64,000 bases of DNA from Candidatus Sumerlaeia bacterium (GTDB lineage: Bacteria; Sumerlaeota; Sumerlaeia; SLMS01; JANRJK01), in assembly GCA_033764015.1 (NCBI GenBank), contig JANRJK010000014.1, forward strand, positions 99,244 through 163,243. Direction: 5' to 3'. Under the pieces are notes generated by a model. It had not been told where the DNA came from and ran no database searches. It saw only the letters and a program-made list of their open reading frames with translations. Shown here in pieces: positions 27,250 to 38,606 of this stretch (within the stretch, counting starts at the first letter, position 1; the number at the start of each line of letters is the position of its first letter). Position numbers and translations under genes: made by a program.

Positions 27250-28683
27250 ATGGCGCTCCTCGCGATCACGCCGGATGCGACGGCGGCGGCGCTGCTGGCG
27301 CGCCTCGCACCGGACGGCGAGCTCGGGCCGGCGACGCGGTCGACGCTGCGGGTGGGGCGCCTCGCGGCGGTCCCCGCGCTCGCGATGCTGGGACTCGCCT
27401 GGTTCCGGCGGGATGCGCTGAGGCGCGGCCTCGCATGGCTCCTCGCGGTGCTTGCCGCGGTCCCGCACGGGCGCTGGATGGCGCTGCTCGGGTGCGTGGC
27501 GCTGGCGCCGCGGCTGGCGTGGGTCGCGCTCGTTCCGAGTATTCCCTGGAGCGACTTCCTGGAGTACCACGAACTCGCCGAGCGGTTGCTGGAGACGGGT
27601 CGCTTCGCCACGGCGGAGGGAGCGCCGACCGCGTTCCGGCCGATGGGCTACCCCGCATTCCTCGCCGCGGTGTACGCCCTCGGCGGAGGCATCGGCGCGG
27701 TGGGGGTGCTGAACGCGCTGTTCGGCGCGGCGACGTCGCTCCTCACGTGGGAGCTCGCGCGGCACCGGGGGGGCGAAGGCCCCGCGCGGCTGGCGGCGCT
27801 GTTCGTCGCGCTCATGCCCTCGCAAATCGGCTACACCAGCCTGCTCGCGGCGGAGGTTCCGTTCACGGCGGCGGCGCTGGGGTCGCTGGTGCTTGCACAG
27901 CGGGCGTTCGCCGAGCGGTCGGGGCGCGCGTGGTGGCTGGCCGCGGCATGCGGAGCGCTGCTGGGCGCGGCGTTGATGTTGCGCGCGCATGCGGCGGCGG
28001 CGGCGCTGGCCATCGCGCTGGCGGGAGCGCTCGCGGGGCGGCGCGCCTTGGGGCTCGTCGCCGTGGTTGCCGTCGTGTCCGCGGTGCTCCCCGCGGCGTG
28101 GGGGCTGCGGAACCTGCGCGAGCTGGGCGCGTTCGTTCCCTTTTCCACGAACGGCGGCGTGAACCTCCACTTCGGCAACAACGGGATGACGAACGGCACC
28201 GGGCTCGAGCTTCTCGATCCCCAGAAAGATGCCACCTCGGGCATCGCGGACGAGGTTGAACGATCGCGCGCGGGGACGCGGCTGGCGCTGGATTTCTGGC
28301 GGGAACACCCGGAGGCGCTGCCGGCGCTGGCGGCGCGCAAGCTGTTCTGGTTCTCCGCCACGGACGGCGTGTGGACGCATTGGGCGTTCGGGGGGTTGCC
28401 GTGGGAGCGCAAGGAAACGGCGCGCCGCGCGGCGCTGGCGTTGGCGACGCTTGCGCACGCGCTGCTCCTCGCAGCCGCGCTGTTCGAGCTGGCGCTTTTC
28501 CGCCGCCGCGCCGACCAGCGCGCCTCCGCCGAGCCGCTCGCCGAGTGGTACTTGGCGTTCACGGTGCTGCTGGCGGTTGTTGCGATCGCGCAGGAGCGCT
28601 ACCGGTTCCCGGTGGCGCCGGTGCTGGCGATGGCTGCGGGGCTCCTCGCGGCGCGGTTCGCGGCCCGCGATCAGCGGTTGTAG
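27250..28683 (+). CDS. GT-C fold (ArnT/PMT-like) membrane glycosyltransferase
   Basis: SDFLEYHELA, TAFRPMGYPAFL, STNGGVNLHFGNN, ERYRFPV; start uncertain. Confidence 0.75.
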   Translation: MALLAITPDATAAALLARLAPDGELGPATRSTLRVGRLAAVPALAMLGLAWFRRDALRRGLAWLLAVLAAVPHGRWMALLGCVALAPRLAWVALVPSIPWSDFLEYHELAERLLETGRFATAEGAPTAFRPMGYPAFLAAVYALGGGIGAVGVLNALFGAATSLLTWELARHRGGEGPARLAALFVALMPSQIGYTSLLAAEVPFTAAALGSLVLAQRAFAERSGRAWWLAAACGALLGAALMLRAHAAAAALAIALAGALAGRRALGLVAVVAVVSAVLPAAWGLRNLRELGAFVPFSTNGGVNLHFGNNGMTNGTGLELLDPQKDATSGIADEVERSRAGTRLALDFWREHPEALPALAARKLFWFSATDGVWTHWAFGGLPWERKETARRAALALATLAHALLLAAALFELALFRRRADQRASAEPLAEWYLAFTVLLAVVAIAQERYRFPVAPVLAMAAGLLAARFAARDQRL

Positions 28684-29942
28684 GGGAACTCCTGCACCCA
28701 GTGGAAGCCGCGGGTGCGGAGCGGGTACTCGGGCGCGGGCGCGCGCTCGAGCTGGACCGTTGCCGTGCTGCCGCGGTCGAAGACCTCGAGCGATAGGCGC
28801 TCGCCGTCGAGGACGTAACTCCAACGGGTGCCCGGTTCGACGTCGCGCCCCCGGAGTTCAATGGTGCGTTGCTCGGCATCGATGTCGGTGCCGTATCGCT
28901 GTACCGCCAAGTCGAGCCGCCGGACGAAAACGGTGCCGCCGGGCTCCGCCGCGAAGGTGTGCCACCGGTCCGGGTGGTCGAGCGAGGGGGGCAGCTCGAC
29001 GCCCCCGCGAACGAAGGAGGCGACCTTCCAGTGGCCATCTAGGGGACCCGGCTCGGGCTCTTGGGACGCCAGCCCGAAGTTGGCCGCGACGCCACCCCCG
29101 ACCACGGCGAGGGCCGAGAAGAAGTAGAAGAGGACCCTGCCGGTGATCGCCAGCCGCGGCTTGGAGGCGGCGAGGCGCACCTCCGGCGCCGGCGGAGGCG
29201 CGCCACCGCCGAGCACGAGCACGGAGAGCAGCCGGGGCGCGTCGGGCAGCGCGAGGAAAACGGCCGCAAGCAGCAGCATGGAGGAGTACAGCTTCACCGG
29301 CACGTCGTAGCTGAAGTTGAGCGCGACCACGTTCGCCATGACGCCCGCGATGACAAGCGCTCCGAGCGTTGTCGTGCGGCGGAAGGCGAGCAACGCACCG
29401 CCCATTAGTTCGCCAAGGCCGCCGAAGATCTGGTACGTGCGGCTGAGGCCCATGAGCGTCCAAAGGATGCCCATCGGGGAGTACTGGCCGTAGGTGCGTT
29501 CGAGCTGGTAATCGGTGGGAGCGGGGAACTGCCCGGGGAAGATCTTGAGCCAACCATATGCGGCCATGGAGGCCATCAGGTAAAGGCGCAGGAAGATCCG
29601 AAGGCCCTCGTGGAGGCGCTCGTGGTTGGCCGCGCGGCGCTGGAGGAGGCTCCACCCGAGCGTGCCGAGCAGCGACAGGGCGAGCACCAGCGCGGTGCGG
29701 ACCCACTGGAAGAGCGAGTCGCCGGAGCCGGTTTCCTGCAGGACCGCTTCGACGCCGAAGGCGGCGCGCCCGAAGGCCGCGACGACCAGTTCCGCGGCGC
29801 GCGAAATCGGGTCGGCATCCTCCCCGCTGGTGAGGGGAATCGGGAGGAGGGTCCCGATGAAGAAGAGGAAGGCGAAGCGGAATCCGACAAGTTGCGCCGT
29901 GCCCCACGCCGGTTTGTCGGCGACTTCCGCCGCGCTACTCAT
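28671..29942 (-). CDS. DoxX-like membrane protein
   Basis: [47 protein letters not shown]. Confidence 0.75.
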   Translation of the reverse strand: MSSAAEVADKPAWGTAQLVGFRFAFLFFIGTLLPIPLTSGEDADPISRAAELVVAAFGRAAFGVEAVLQETGSGDSLFQWVRTALVLALSLLGTLGWSLLQRRAANHERLHEGLRIFLRLYLMASMAAYGWLKIFPGQFPAPTDYQLERTYGQYSPMGILWTLMGLSRTYQIFGGLGELMGGALLAFRRTTTLGALVIAGVMANVVALNFSYDVPVKLYSSMLLLAAVFLALPDAPRLLSVLVLGGGAPPPAPEVRLAASKPRLAITGRVLFYFFSALAVVGGGVAANFGLASQEPEPGPLDGHWKVASFVRGGVELPPSLDHPDRWHTFAAEPGGTVFVRRLDLAVQRYGTDIDAEQRTIELRGRDVEPGTRWSYVLDGERLSLEVFDRGSTATVQLERAPAPEYPLRTRGFHWVQEFPYNR

Positions 29943-31779
29943 CCAGTCGGAGCACTGCCATGAAGGCTTGCTGGGGGATTTCCACGCTGCCGATCTGCTT
30001 CATGCGCTTCTTTCCCTCCTTCTGCTTGTCGAGGAGCTTGCGCTTGCGGGAGATGTCGCCGCCGTAGCACTTCGCGGTGACGTCCTTGCGGAGCGCGCTG
30101 ACTGTTTCGCGGGCGACGATCTTGCCGCCGACGGCGGCCTGGATGGCCACGGCGAAGAGCTGGCGCGGGATGATCTCGCGGAGTTTCTTGCAGAGCACGC
30201 GGCCCTTCGGCGAGGCGTCGCCGCGGTGCACGATGAGCGACAGCGCGTCGACCGGATCGCCGTTCACGAGCACGTCGAGTTTGACGAGGTCGCCGGGGCG
30301 GTAGCCGATGATGTTGTAGTCGAAGGAGGCGTAGCCCGCGGTGGCGGACTTGAGCTTGTCGTGGAAGTCGGAGATCATCTCGCCGAGCGGGAACTCGTAG
30401 ACCAGCAGCACGCGCGTCGCGGTGAGGAACTGCATGTCCTTCTGCACGCCCTTCTTGGCCTGGCAGAGCGTGATGACGTTCCCCATGTAGTCCTTCGGGG
30501 CGTAGATGCGGGCTTCGGCGTAGGGCTCGTGGATCTCGTCGATGTTCTGGGCGGGGGGCATCTTCGACGGGTTCTCGACGTGCATCTCGTCGCCGTTCGT
30601 GAGCTTCACCTGGTAGGTGACGCTCGGGGCGGTGAAGAGGAGGTCGAGGTTGTATTCGCGCTCGAGGCGCTCCTGGATGATCTCCATGTGGAGGAGGCCG
30701 AGGAAGCCGCAGCGGAAGCCGAAGCCGAGCGCGTCGGAGGTTTCGGGCTCGACGTGGAGCGAGGAGTCGTTGAGCCGTAGCTTGTCGATGGACTCTTTGA
30801 GCGTCTTGTATTCCTCGGAGTTGGTCGGGTAGATGCCGGCGAAGACGACGGGGACGACGGGCTTGTAGCCGGGCAGCGCCTCGGTCGAACCCTGCTTGGC
30901 GTGTGTGACGGTGTCGCCGACGCGGACCTCGCGCAGGTCGCGGATGCCGGCGACGACGTAGCCCACCTCGCCGCAGCGCAGCTCGCCAGTGGGTGTCATC
31001 TTCGGCATCATGGTGCCGATCTCGGTCACTTCGTAGGTCTCGTGCCCCTGCATCAGCTTGATGCGCTCGCCGACGCGCAGGGAACCGTCCACGACTCGGA
31101 TGTAGACGATGACGCCCTTGAAGTCGTTGTAGAAGGAGTCGAACACGAGCGCGCGGAGCGGGGCCGCGTTGTCGCCCTTGGGTGGCGGGACGCGGTCGAT
31201 GACCGCCTGGAGCAGGTCTTCGATGCCGATGCCGGACTTGGCGGAGACGAGGAGCGCGTGCTCCGGATTGAGGCCGACGGCGTCGCGGATCTGCTCCTTG
31301 GTGGACTCAATGTCGGCGCCCGGGAGGTCGATCTTGTTGATGACCGGGATGATTTCGAGGTCGTTCTCGAGGGCGAGGTAGACGTTCGCGAGGGTCTGCG
31401 CCTCGACGCCCTGCGAGGCGTCCACGACAAGGAGGGCGCCTTCGCAGGCGGCCAGCGCGCGGGAAACTTCGTAGGTGAAGTCCACGTGGCCCGGGGTATC
31501 GATCAGGTTGAGCTGGTAGACGACGCCGTCCTTGCCTTCGTGGAACATGCGGACGTTGGCGAGCTTGATGGTGATGCCGCGCTCGCGTTCGAGGTCCATG
31601 GAGTCGAGGACCTGCTCGCGCATCTCGCGCTGGGTGAGCGTGCCGGTGGTCTGCAGGAGGCGGTCGGCCAGGGTGGACTTCCCGTGGTCGATGTGCGCGA
31701 TGATGCAGAAGTTGCGGATGGGGCGCTCGGAAGCGGACAGCGCTGGCGCTACTGGGAGTTCGTTCGGCGTGAGGCTCAT
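29935..31779 (-). CDS. lepA: Elongation factor 4
   Basis: [62 protein letters not shown]. Confidence 0.98.
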   Translation of the reverse strand: MSLTPNELPVAPALSASERPIRNFCIIAHIDHGKSTLADRLLQTTGTLTQREMREQVLDSMDLERERGITIKLANVRMFHEGKDGVVYQLNLIDTPGHVDFTYEVSRALAACEGALLVVDASQGVEAQTLANVYLALENDLEIIPVINKIDLPGADIESTKEQIRDAVGLNPEHALLVSAKSGIGIEDLLQAVIDRVPPPKGDNAAPLRALVFDSFYNDFKGVIVYIRVVDGSLRVGERIKLMQGHETYEVTEIGTMMPKMTPTGELRCGEVGYVVAGIRDLREVRVGDTVTHAKQGSTEALPGYKPVVPVVFAGIYPTNSEEYKTLKESIDKLRLNDSSLHVEPETSDALGFGFRCGFLGLLHMEIIQERLEREYNLDLLFTAPSVTYQVKLTNGDEMHVENPSKMPPAQNIDEIHEPYAEARIYAPKDYMGNVITLCQAKKGVQKDMQFLTATRVLLVYEFPLGEMISDFHDKLKSATAGYASFDYNIIGYRPGDLVKLDVLVNGDPVDALSLIVHRGDASPKGRVLCKKLREIIPRQLFAVAIQAAVGGKIVARETVSALRKDVTAKCYGGDISRKRKLLDKQKEGKKRMKQIGSVEIPQQAFMAVLRLDE

Positions 31780-31977
31780 CGGGGTCCGTGGGGCGCGGCT
31801 CGGGGCCACGCTCAAGTGGCAAACGTTATGGCGCCCGCTCCGGGGCCGTCAACAGGCGCGAGCGAAGGGCGCGCCGGACGGGTGTGGTCCCGGTTGCGCC
31901 GGTGGGGCCGCTGGCGCGATACCGCGTCTTTCCGCCGGGCGCCTGGCGGAGCACCCCCGGCGGATCGAACCTGCCCG

Positions 31978-33165
31978 ATGCGGATACTGCAGCTCTACCT
32001 GCTGAAGGAACTCGCGGCGCCGCTGCTGGTCTCGCTCGGCTTCTTCAGCGGCGTCATCGCGCTGCGGCAGCTCTTCGCGCTCGCGGAGCTGCTGCTCAAC
32101 GCCTCGGTCCCGGGGGGCACGCTGGCCCAGATCATCGGCATCGTGCTGGTGACGGCGCTCTCCCTCACGGTGCCGATGGCGATGCTGCTGGCGGTGCTGA
32201 TCGGCGTCGGACGCATGACGAACGAGAACGAGATCCTGGCGATCCGGGTGGCGGGAATCTCCCTGGTGCCTCTCTTCGCGCCGGTGGTGGCGCTCTCGCT
32301 GGCGATGTCCCTGCTGCTGATGGTCGGCAACATGACGGTGTTCCCGGCGCTGGTGCAGAAGCTGACGGACCGGACGCGGACGATCAAGTTCGAGGTGCTC
32401 ACGAGCCTGAAGCCGGGGGTGTGGTACTCGGAACTCTCGCCGCGCGACGCCAACCTCGCGATCTACTTCGAGGAGCTCGCGCCGGACGAGCCCGGCGACG
32501 GCGCCTATTCGATCCGCATGCGCGAGATCGCCATGCAGTCCTCCGGACTGTTCGACGCGGAAAGCGCCGGGCGGACGGACGAGGCCATGGTCTTCGCCCG
32601 CGCGGGTCGCCTGCTCGGCAACATCGAGACCGGCGACATCGACATCGAGCTGGAGGACGGCACGATCCTCCCCCTGGGCGGCGACCAGGACGATGAGGCG
32701 GCGATCGTCCGCTTCGGCAACCTGCGCAAGACGTTCCGCCCCGAGGGCGACCAGGACGACCAGCGCGTGAATCCGCAGATCATGACGCTGCCGCAGCTCC
32801 TGGCGGCGCTTGCTTCGCCGCCCGACTCGCCGCGGGCGCGCCGCGACTACGACAACGAATACCCCCGCGCCTGGCGCGACTACTTCAAGCTCGAAACCGA
32901 GTTCCACCGCCGCTGGTCCATCTCGCTCTCCGTGCTGGCGTTCGTGGTGATCGCGATCCCGCTGGCGATCGAGATCCGCCCCGCGGCCAAGACATGGGCG
33001 TTCCTGATCGCGCTCGGGCTCATTTTCCTGTACTACATCCTGCTCACGTGGGGATCGGCGGTGGGAAGCGCGGGCAGCCGGTGGACGCCGCTCGCGATGT
33101 CCACACCGAACGTGGTGCTGGTGTTGATCGGCGCCGCGCTCTTCTGGCGCAGCCAGCGCGCCTGA
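31978..33165 (+). CDS. LptF/LptG-family LPS export permease
   Basis: MRILQLYLLKEL, LTVPMAML, GRMTNENEILAIRVAGIS, EFHRRWSISLS; 3+3 TM layout. Confidence 0.88.
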   Translation: MRILQLYLLKELAAPLLVSLGFFSGVIALRQLFALAELLLNASVPGGTLAQIIGIVLVTALSLTVPMAMLLAVLIGVGRMTNENEILAIRVAGISLVPLFAPVVALSLAMSLLLMVGNMTVFPALVQKLTDRTRTIKFEVLTSLKPGVWYSELSPRDANLAIYFEELAPDEPGDGAYSIRMREIAMQSSGLFDAESAGRTDEAMVFARAGRLLGNIETGDIDIELEDGTILPLGGDQDDEAAIVRFGNLRKTFRPEGDQDDQRVNPQIMTLPQLLAALASPPDSPRARRDYDNEYPRAWRDYFKLETEFHRRWSISLSVLAFVVIAIPLAIEIRPAAKTWAFLIALGLIFLYYILLTWGSAVGSAGSRWTPLAMSTPNVVLVLIGAALFWRSQRA

Positions 33166-33173
33166 CGCGCCGG

Positions 33174-34376
33174 GTGCGCTCCGCGGCGGCGCCTTTCGAA
33201 TCCGACGACATCGTGGTCCTGGCCGACGAGGCGTGGGACAGCATCTGGCGGCAGCGCCACAAGCTGCCGCGGAGCTGGGCGCTCGCGGGCAACCGCGTGC
33301 TTTGGGTCGAGCAGGCGCCGTTCCCCGGCGCCTGGCTGGGCGATGCGGGGCGGCGGCGGGCGGCGGCGGACGCCGTGCCGCGGCGGGTGCCGCTGCCGGC
33401 GGGGGCGGCGGGCGCGCTGTGGGTGGGCTGCCTGCCACCGGCGATGCCTTTCCAGGAGCGCGGCGGCGCGCTTGGCCGGGCCGTCCGGGCGCTCGCCATG
33501 CCGGCGGTGCGGCGCCGCGTCCGCGCGCTGGTACGCGGCGCGGGGCTGGCGCCGAGGGCGCTCGTGCTTTGGCAACAGCCCGCCTACGCGGCGCTGCTCG
33601 GCGAGCTCGGCGAGGAGTTCGCGCTCTACGCGACGCACGATCCCTACCGCTACGGCCGGGCGACCGGCGCGGACCTCGAGCTGGAGCGGGAACTCTGCGG
33701 CCGGGTGCGGGCGGTCATCGCCACCTCGGAGGCCCGGGCGGAGGAGCTGCGCCGCTGGAACCCCCGCACGGCGCGCCTCGGGCCCGCGGTCGACGTCGAT
33801 TGGTGGGAGGCGCGAACGCGCTCCGAGCCCACCGCGCTGGCGCGGATCCCCCGCCCGCGCGCCCTCTTCGTGAGCGCGCTGCGGCCGGCGGTGGACTTCG
33901 CGCTGCTCGCGGAGACGGCGCGCCACGCGCCGGGCTGGAGCTTCATCCTCGCCGGGCCCCGGACCGGGGACGCGGAGGTGCGCCGCGGACTCGCCGCCAT
34001 GCCGGGAAACGTCCACTTGCCGGGTCGGCTCGCTTGGGAGGAATCCGCCGCCTGGATGGCGGGGGCGGACGCGCTGCTGCTCCCCTACCGGTGCCTGCCG
34101 GAACTGGGCGCGGTGGGGTTGCCGCACAAGTTCTTCGAGTACTGCATCGCCGGGGCGCCGATCCTCGCGACGCCGTTCTGCGAGTTCGACCGCGAGGCAC
34201 GCGGCGTGCTCCGGGTCGCGGCGGACGCGGCGGGATGGGCCGCGCAGCTCGAAGAAATCCTCTGGAGCCCCGACGATGACGGACGCAGCCGCCGCCAAGC
34301 CATCGCCCGCGCCAATAGCTACGGGGAGCGCCTCGCCGAGCTCCGCGCGCTCCTCGGCGAGCAGGGCGCCGGCTGA
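33174..34376 (+). CDS. Glycosyltransferase (GT-B, TuaH-like)
   Basis: WDSIWRQRHKL...GNRVLWVE, DALLLPY, PHKFFEYCIAGAPILAT. Confidence 0.8.
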   Translation: MRSAAAPFESDDIVVLADEAWDSIWRQRHKLPRSWALAGNRVLWVEQAPFPGAWLGDAGRRRAAADAVPRRVPLPAGAAGALWVGCLPPAMPFQERGGALGRAVRALAMPAVRRRVRALVRGAGLAPRALVLWQQPAYAALLGELGEEFALYATHDPYRYGRATGADLELERELCGRVRAVIATSEARAEELRRWNPRTARLGPAVDVDWWEARTRSEPTALARIPRPRALFVSALRPAVDFALLAETARHAPGWSFILAGPRTGDAEVRRGLAAMPGNVHLPGRLAWEESAAWMAGADALLLPYRCLPELGAVGLPHKFFEYCIAGAPILATPFCEFDREARGVLRVAADAAGWAAQLEEILWSPDDDGRSRRQAIARANSYGERLAELRALLGEQGAG

Positions 34377-34389
34377 GCGCACGCCGACG

Positions 34390-35019
34390 ATGCTCCGCTG
34401 GCTGGAGCAGTTGGCGTTGTTCGGCTTCGCGCCGCTCGCGCTGGCGCTCCTGGCGGACGGCGGTGGCGGAATCTTCCTGCCGCTGTACGCCGGCGCGGCG
34501 GGGGCGGCGCTGCTGCTGCGGCGCATCGGACGGGGCCCGGCGCTGCGCCTCGACTGGGACGCGCTGGACCGGGCGTACCGCCGACGGCTCGCGGGGAGGA
34601 CCGCGCTGGTGGCGGCGGGGATCGCGGTGGTGGTGGCGCTGGATCCGGGGCTCGACTTCTTCGGCTTCCCGCGCGAGCGTCCGGCGCTGTGGGCGCTCGT
34701 GATGTGCCTGTATCCACTGCTCAGCGTGTACCCGCAGGAGCTGCTGCTGCGCGCGTTCCACTTCGAGCGGTACGCCGGGCTCGTCGCGAGGCCGGCGGCG
34801 TTCCTGGCGCTCAACGCCGTCGTGTTCGGCTGGATCCACATCGTGTTCTGGAACCCGTTCGCGGTGCTGCTGTCGATCCCCGCCGGGTGGCTGCTGGCGG
34901 ACACCTATTCGCGGACCCGGTCGCTGGGCGCGGTGTGCGTCGAGCACGCGGTGTACGGGAATCTTGTGTTCACGCTGGGGCTGGGGCGGTACTTCTTCCA
35001 CGGGGCGGTCGGCGGGTAG
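34390..35019 (+). CDS. CPBP/Abi (CAAX-type) intramembrane protease
   Basis: YPQELLLRAF, FGWIHI, EHAVYGN motifs. Confidence 0.82.
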   Translation: MLRWLEQLALFGFAPLALALLADGGGGIFLPLYAGAAGAALLLRRIGRGPALRLDWDALDRAYRRRLAGRTALVAAGIAVVVALDPGLDFFGFPRERPALWALVMCLYPLLSVYPQELLLRAFHFERYAGLVARPAAFLALNAVVFGWIHIVFWNPFAVLLSIPAGWLLADTYSRTRSLGAVCVEHAVYGNLVFTLGLGRYFFHGAVGG

Positions 35020-35072
35020 CGGAGGCGGGCGGCCCGCCCTTTGCATCCCGGCAGCCGCGAAGGAGCGCTCCC

Positions 35073-37505
35073 ATGAGGAACAGCCGGATTCCGATGGCGC
35101 TGGCCGTACTGGCGGTGGCGGCGGTGCTGCTGGTGCTCTTCCTGCGGCTCGGCGGCCGCGAGCCGCTGGCCTTGCCGTCGACCGGAGCGGGCGACGCGCG
35201 CGGCGTCGCTTCCCGCGGCGGGCCGGCGCCGCGGCGCGATGACGCGGCGGCGGGCTCCGAGGCACGCGGGGAGGCCGTGGACCTGTCCGGGAAACGCTCC
35301 GCCGGTGACGTGAGCGGCACGGCGCCGCCGCAGTCTTCACCGAGCCCGGGCGAGTCGGAGCCCACCGCGGCGACACTCGCGCGCGAGTCCGCGGACGCGC
35401 CCGCCGACGACGCCGCGGACAATGCGGAAGGCGCCACGGTCACGGGCGTGGTGTACGGGCCGGACGGCGCCTCCCTTTCGGGCGTGAGCGTGGCGCTCGC
35501 GCGCGGCGAATCGTCCATAGATTCCCCCCTCCGGATTCCTCCGCAGAACATGGCACCGCAGGCCACCGCGCGGAGCGGCGCCAACGGGGCGTTCGACTTC
35601 GCCGATGTCGCGCCGGGGCGCTACTGGGTGGCCGCGCAACGGGTGGCCGATTCATTCGAGGCGCTCGAGGAGGGGGGCTTCGACGTGGCCGTGGCGAAGT
35701 TCCCGGATCCCGTCGCGGTGGAGGTCGTCGAGGGGTCGGATCCGGCGACGGTCGCGCTGGTGTTCGGGCAAGGGGTCTTCATCGAAGGACATGTGCGCAC
35801 GGGCCTCGGCGACCCCGTGGAAGGGGCGCAGGTGGACCTGCTGCACGGCGTCCGGGTGTCGAACGAGCCGGTCGCGCTCGTGGCGGAGACCGGCACGAGG
35901 ACGGACGCGGACGGGTACTTCATGCTTCCCGGGCTGGACCCCGAGAAGGAGTACGCGGGGCTGATGGCGCAGGCGGAGGGCTACCGGGTGGCGCACTTCG
36001 CCCGCCCGTCCTGGCTCCGGAACCCGCACGAGCTGATCCTCGAGCCGGAGTTCGCCGTCCGCTTCCGCGCCACGGACGCGGTGACCGGCGCGCCGGTGCC
36101 CGAGGTGGAGTACCGCGTGGTGATGCGGCACACGAGCCCGGAGCAGATCCGCTCGGCGCCGCAGACGCTCGCGAAGGAGTCGGAACGCGCGGCCTCGCCC
36201 GAGGGGCGGTACGGATTCGCCCTGAGGACCGCCGGGCGCTACCGGCTGGACGTGCTGCAGGTGTTGAACGGCGAGGCGGTCTCGGGGCGCCTGGGTTCCG
36301 CATCCTTCGACCTGCCGCCGGCGGAGGGCGAGGGGACCGAGCTCGAGGTGCTGATCGGGGGCGGGGGAACGGTGCGCGGCGTGGTGCTGGCGGAGAACCC
36401 GCAGGACGTGTCGGCGGACGGTCCGCCGGTGCCCGGGGCGACGGTGACGATCCAGGAGCCGCTCGACTTCGACGGCGAGCGGACCGGGTCGGCCTACTCG
36501 CTCCCCGCGGTCGGGACGGACGCCGCGGGGGCCTTCGCGATCGAAGGCGTGCCGCCGGGGACGTGGGCGCTATGGGCGGAGAAGGACGGCCTGCGCCCGC
36601 GGCAGGCGGTCGCGGCGCAGGTCGAGGCGGATGCGGAGACGGGGGAACTGGCCGCGGGGTCGGTGACGATCCGCATCTACCAGCCGCGCCGGGTGTTCGG
36701 CCGCGTGACGGGGCCGGAGGAGGAAGGGGTCGCGGGCGCCCGGATCGAGATCGAGCCGCCGCTGATGGGACCCGCCTTCGCCCTATCGCCCGCGGAAAGC
36801 GCGGCGGACGGGACCTACGAGATCCAGCTCGAGCGGGGGAGCGGCGACTTCTTCATGGCGCTGTCGCACCGGGAGTTCGGCCGCCACCGGCGCCTGGTGA
36901 TGATGCCGCCGGGGAGGCTGGACGCGGAGATCGACTGGCGCCTCGGCGACGCCCGCGAGGTGCGCGTGTATGTGACGCGGGACGGCGCGGCGGCGAACCT
37001 CGCCGGGCGGAGCCTTCGGCTGATCACGTGCGTGCCGCCGGTCCGCGGCGCCTACGAGCTGGCGTGGGATGCGGCGCTCGGCGCCTTCGCGGGGCGGGTG
37101 CTTCCGGGCGAGTACGCGGTGCGGCCCGACGCGCCGGAACTCTACCCGGGCGCGTACTTCGACCTCACGCTCACCGTTTCCGAGTCGGACGAACAGCCCG
37201 TGGAGGCGACTTTCGACCTGTCGACCACCGATGTGGTGGCGCTGCTCGAGGGCTTCCCCGAGGGGGCGGAACTGCTGGTCGGTTTCCAGTGCTTCTGCTC
37301 GGGCTCCTGGCTCGGGGCGGACCGGACGACGGCGCGCGGGGGCGAGGTGCTGCTGCCGTCGGTTCCGGCGGGGCGCTACCGCTTCACGGCGGAGGTGGTG
37401 GGCTCTCCGGCGATGCGGGCGACGGCGGAGCACACGGTCACGCCCGGGGCGACGGACGCGGTGCGGCTGGTGTACTCGCCGCCGCGGGAGGAGCCGGCGG
37501 AGTAG
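35073..37505 (+). CDS. Membrane-anchored protein with repeated carboxypeptidase-regulatory-like domains
   Basis: AAGGAG RBS; N-terminal TM; repeated G-V...P-V-GA-V...TD-G-F...V-PG-Y units. Confidence 0.8.
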   Translation: MRNSRIPMALAVLAVAAVLLVLFLRLGGREPLALPSTGAGDARGVASRGGPAPRRDDAAAGSEARGEAVDLSGKRSAGDVSGTAPPQSSPSPGESEPTAATLARESADAPADDAADNAEGATVTGVVYGPDGASLSGVSVALARGESSIDSPLRIPPQNMAPQATARSGANGAFDFADVAPGRYWVAAQRVADSFEALEEGGFDVAVAKFPDPVAVEVVEGSDPATVALVFGQGVFIEGHVRTGLGDPVEGAQVDLLHGVRVSNEPVALVAETGTRTDADGYFMLPGLDPEKEYAGLMAQAEGYRVAHFARPSWLRNPHELILEPEFAVRFRATDAVTGAPVPEVEYRVVMRHTSPEQIRSAPQTLAKESERAASPEGRYGFALRTAGRYRLDVLQVLNGEAVSGRLGSASFDLPPAEGEGTELEVLIGGGGTVRGVVLAENPQDVSADGPPVPGATVTIQEPLDFDGERTGSAYSLPAVGTDAAGAFAIEGVPPGTWALWAEKDGLRPRQAVAAQVEADAETGELAAGSVTIRIYQPRRVFGRVTGPEEEGVAGARIEIEPPLMGPAFALSPAESAADGTYEIQLERGSGDFFMALSHREFGRHRRLVMMPPGRLDAEIDWRLGDAREVRVYVTRDGAAANLAGRSLRLITCVPPVRGAYELAWDAALGAFAGRVLPGEYAVRPDAPELYPGAYFDLTLTVSESDEQPVEATFDLSTTDVVALLEGFPEGAELLVGFQCFCSGSWLGADRTTARGGEVLLPSVPAGRYRFTAEVVGSPAMRATAEHTVTPGATDAVRLVYSPPREEPAE

Positions 37506-38571
37506 CCCCCGGAGGCTGCGGCGGGTGGTCGGCGTCGCGCACGCGGAGCCGCTTCATCAGGCGTTCGCGCTCGCGCAGGCGGCCCGTTTCGGTCATCTCC
37601 TCGAGGCGGTGGAAGAGCAGCCAGCGGTCGGCGGCGCTCTGGTAGGCGGACGGGTAGGCGGCGGGCTGCTCGGATTCGGCCGCGCCCCACCATTGGAACA
37701 GGAGCCACTGGCGCTCGAAGGACTGGGCGTAGCTCGCCGCGATCTGGCGCTTGAGCAGTCCGACGACGACGAAGCCGGGGATGGCGGCGAGGGACCACGC
37801 GGCGGCGGAGGCCAGGCCCCCGGCGCTGCCGGAGCCTAGCACTTCCAGCGGCACCACGACCGACAGCGCCACCAAGCCGGTGACCGCGCAGCCGATGCCG
37901 GAAAGCAGGAACACGAATACGGAGACCATCAGGAAGTTCATGGCGGCCAGCCTTCCGAGCCGGATGCGCGGTAGCGCCCCGAGGGCGAACATCGCGTGCG
38001 CGAGCCGGACGGTTTCGAAATGGAACCATGCCGCGGCGGTGGTGAACGGAAGGAACCCGGCGAAGGCGAAAGCGGCGTTCCAGGCCCCCGCGAGCGAGCC
38101 GTCCGCCGACTCGACGATGGCGGTTCGGACCGTCAGCACGGAGAGGTCGAAGACACTGAACCCGGCGAGCAGAACGCCCCACACCGCGACCGCTCCGGTG
38201 ACCAGGATCGGGACGGTGTGGGCGGGGCGGATCGGCGAGAGGGTCAGCTCCTCGACGAGCTCGGAGTTGCGCCGCCAGCGCCTCGAGCAGTTCCAGCCGC
38301 TCACCCAGGAGAGGAGGAACAGGAGGTAGTCGAAGATGAAGATGCGGAGGAACACCTCGAAGAAGCCGTCCTCCCACACGGACGCGGAGTCGGCCCATTC
38401 ATAGCGGAAGGCGACGAGGCCGCCCGCGAGGATGAGCGTGGCGACGCCCGCGAGAAGCCACTGCTCGCGCGTCCTCAGCGCGGCGCGGAGGGAGAGGAGG
38501 CCCAGTTCGCGCCCGGGCTCGGACAGGTGGCCGAGCCCGAGGATCCAGTCGCGGCGGCGTTCCCAGTGCAA
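37438..38571 (-). CDS. Hypothetical polytopic membrane protein
   Basis: About 6 hydrophobic segments, coding-like codon bias; no family recognised. Confidence 0.6.
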   Translation of the reverse strand: MHWERRRDWILGLGHLSEPGRELGLLSLRAALRTREQWLLAGVATLILAGGLVAFRYEWADSASVWEDGFFEVFLRIFIFDYLLFLLSWVSGWNCSRRWRRNSELVEELTLSPIRPAHTVPILVTGAVAVWGVLLAGFSVFDLSVLTVRTAIVESADGSLAGAWNAAFAFAGFLPFTTAAAWFHFETVRLAHAMFALGALPRIRLGRLAAMNFLMVSVFVFLLSGIGCAVTGLVALSVVVPLEVLGSGSAGGLASAAAWSLAAIPGFVVVGLLKRQIAASYAQSFERQWLLFQWWGAAESEQPAAYPSAYQSAADRWLLFHRLEEMTETGRLRERERLMKRLRVRDADHPPQPPGATPPAPPAAASTPAAPRPSPRA

Positions 38572-38606
38572 TCAGCCACTCCCGCCGCCCGTGGGGCGGA
38601 GCATTG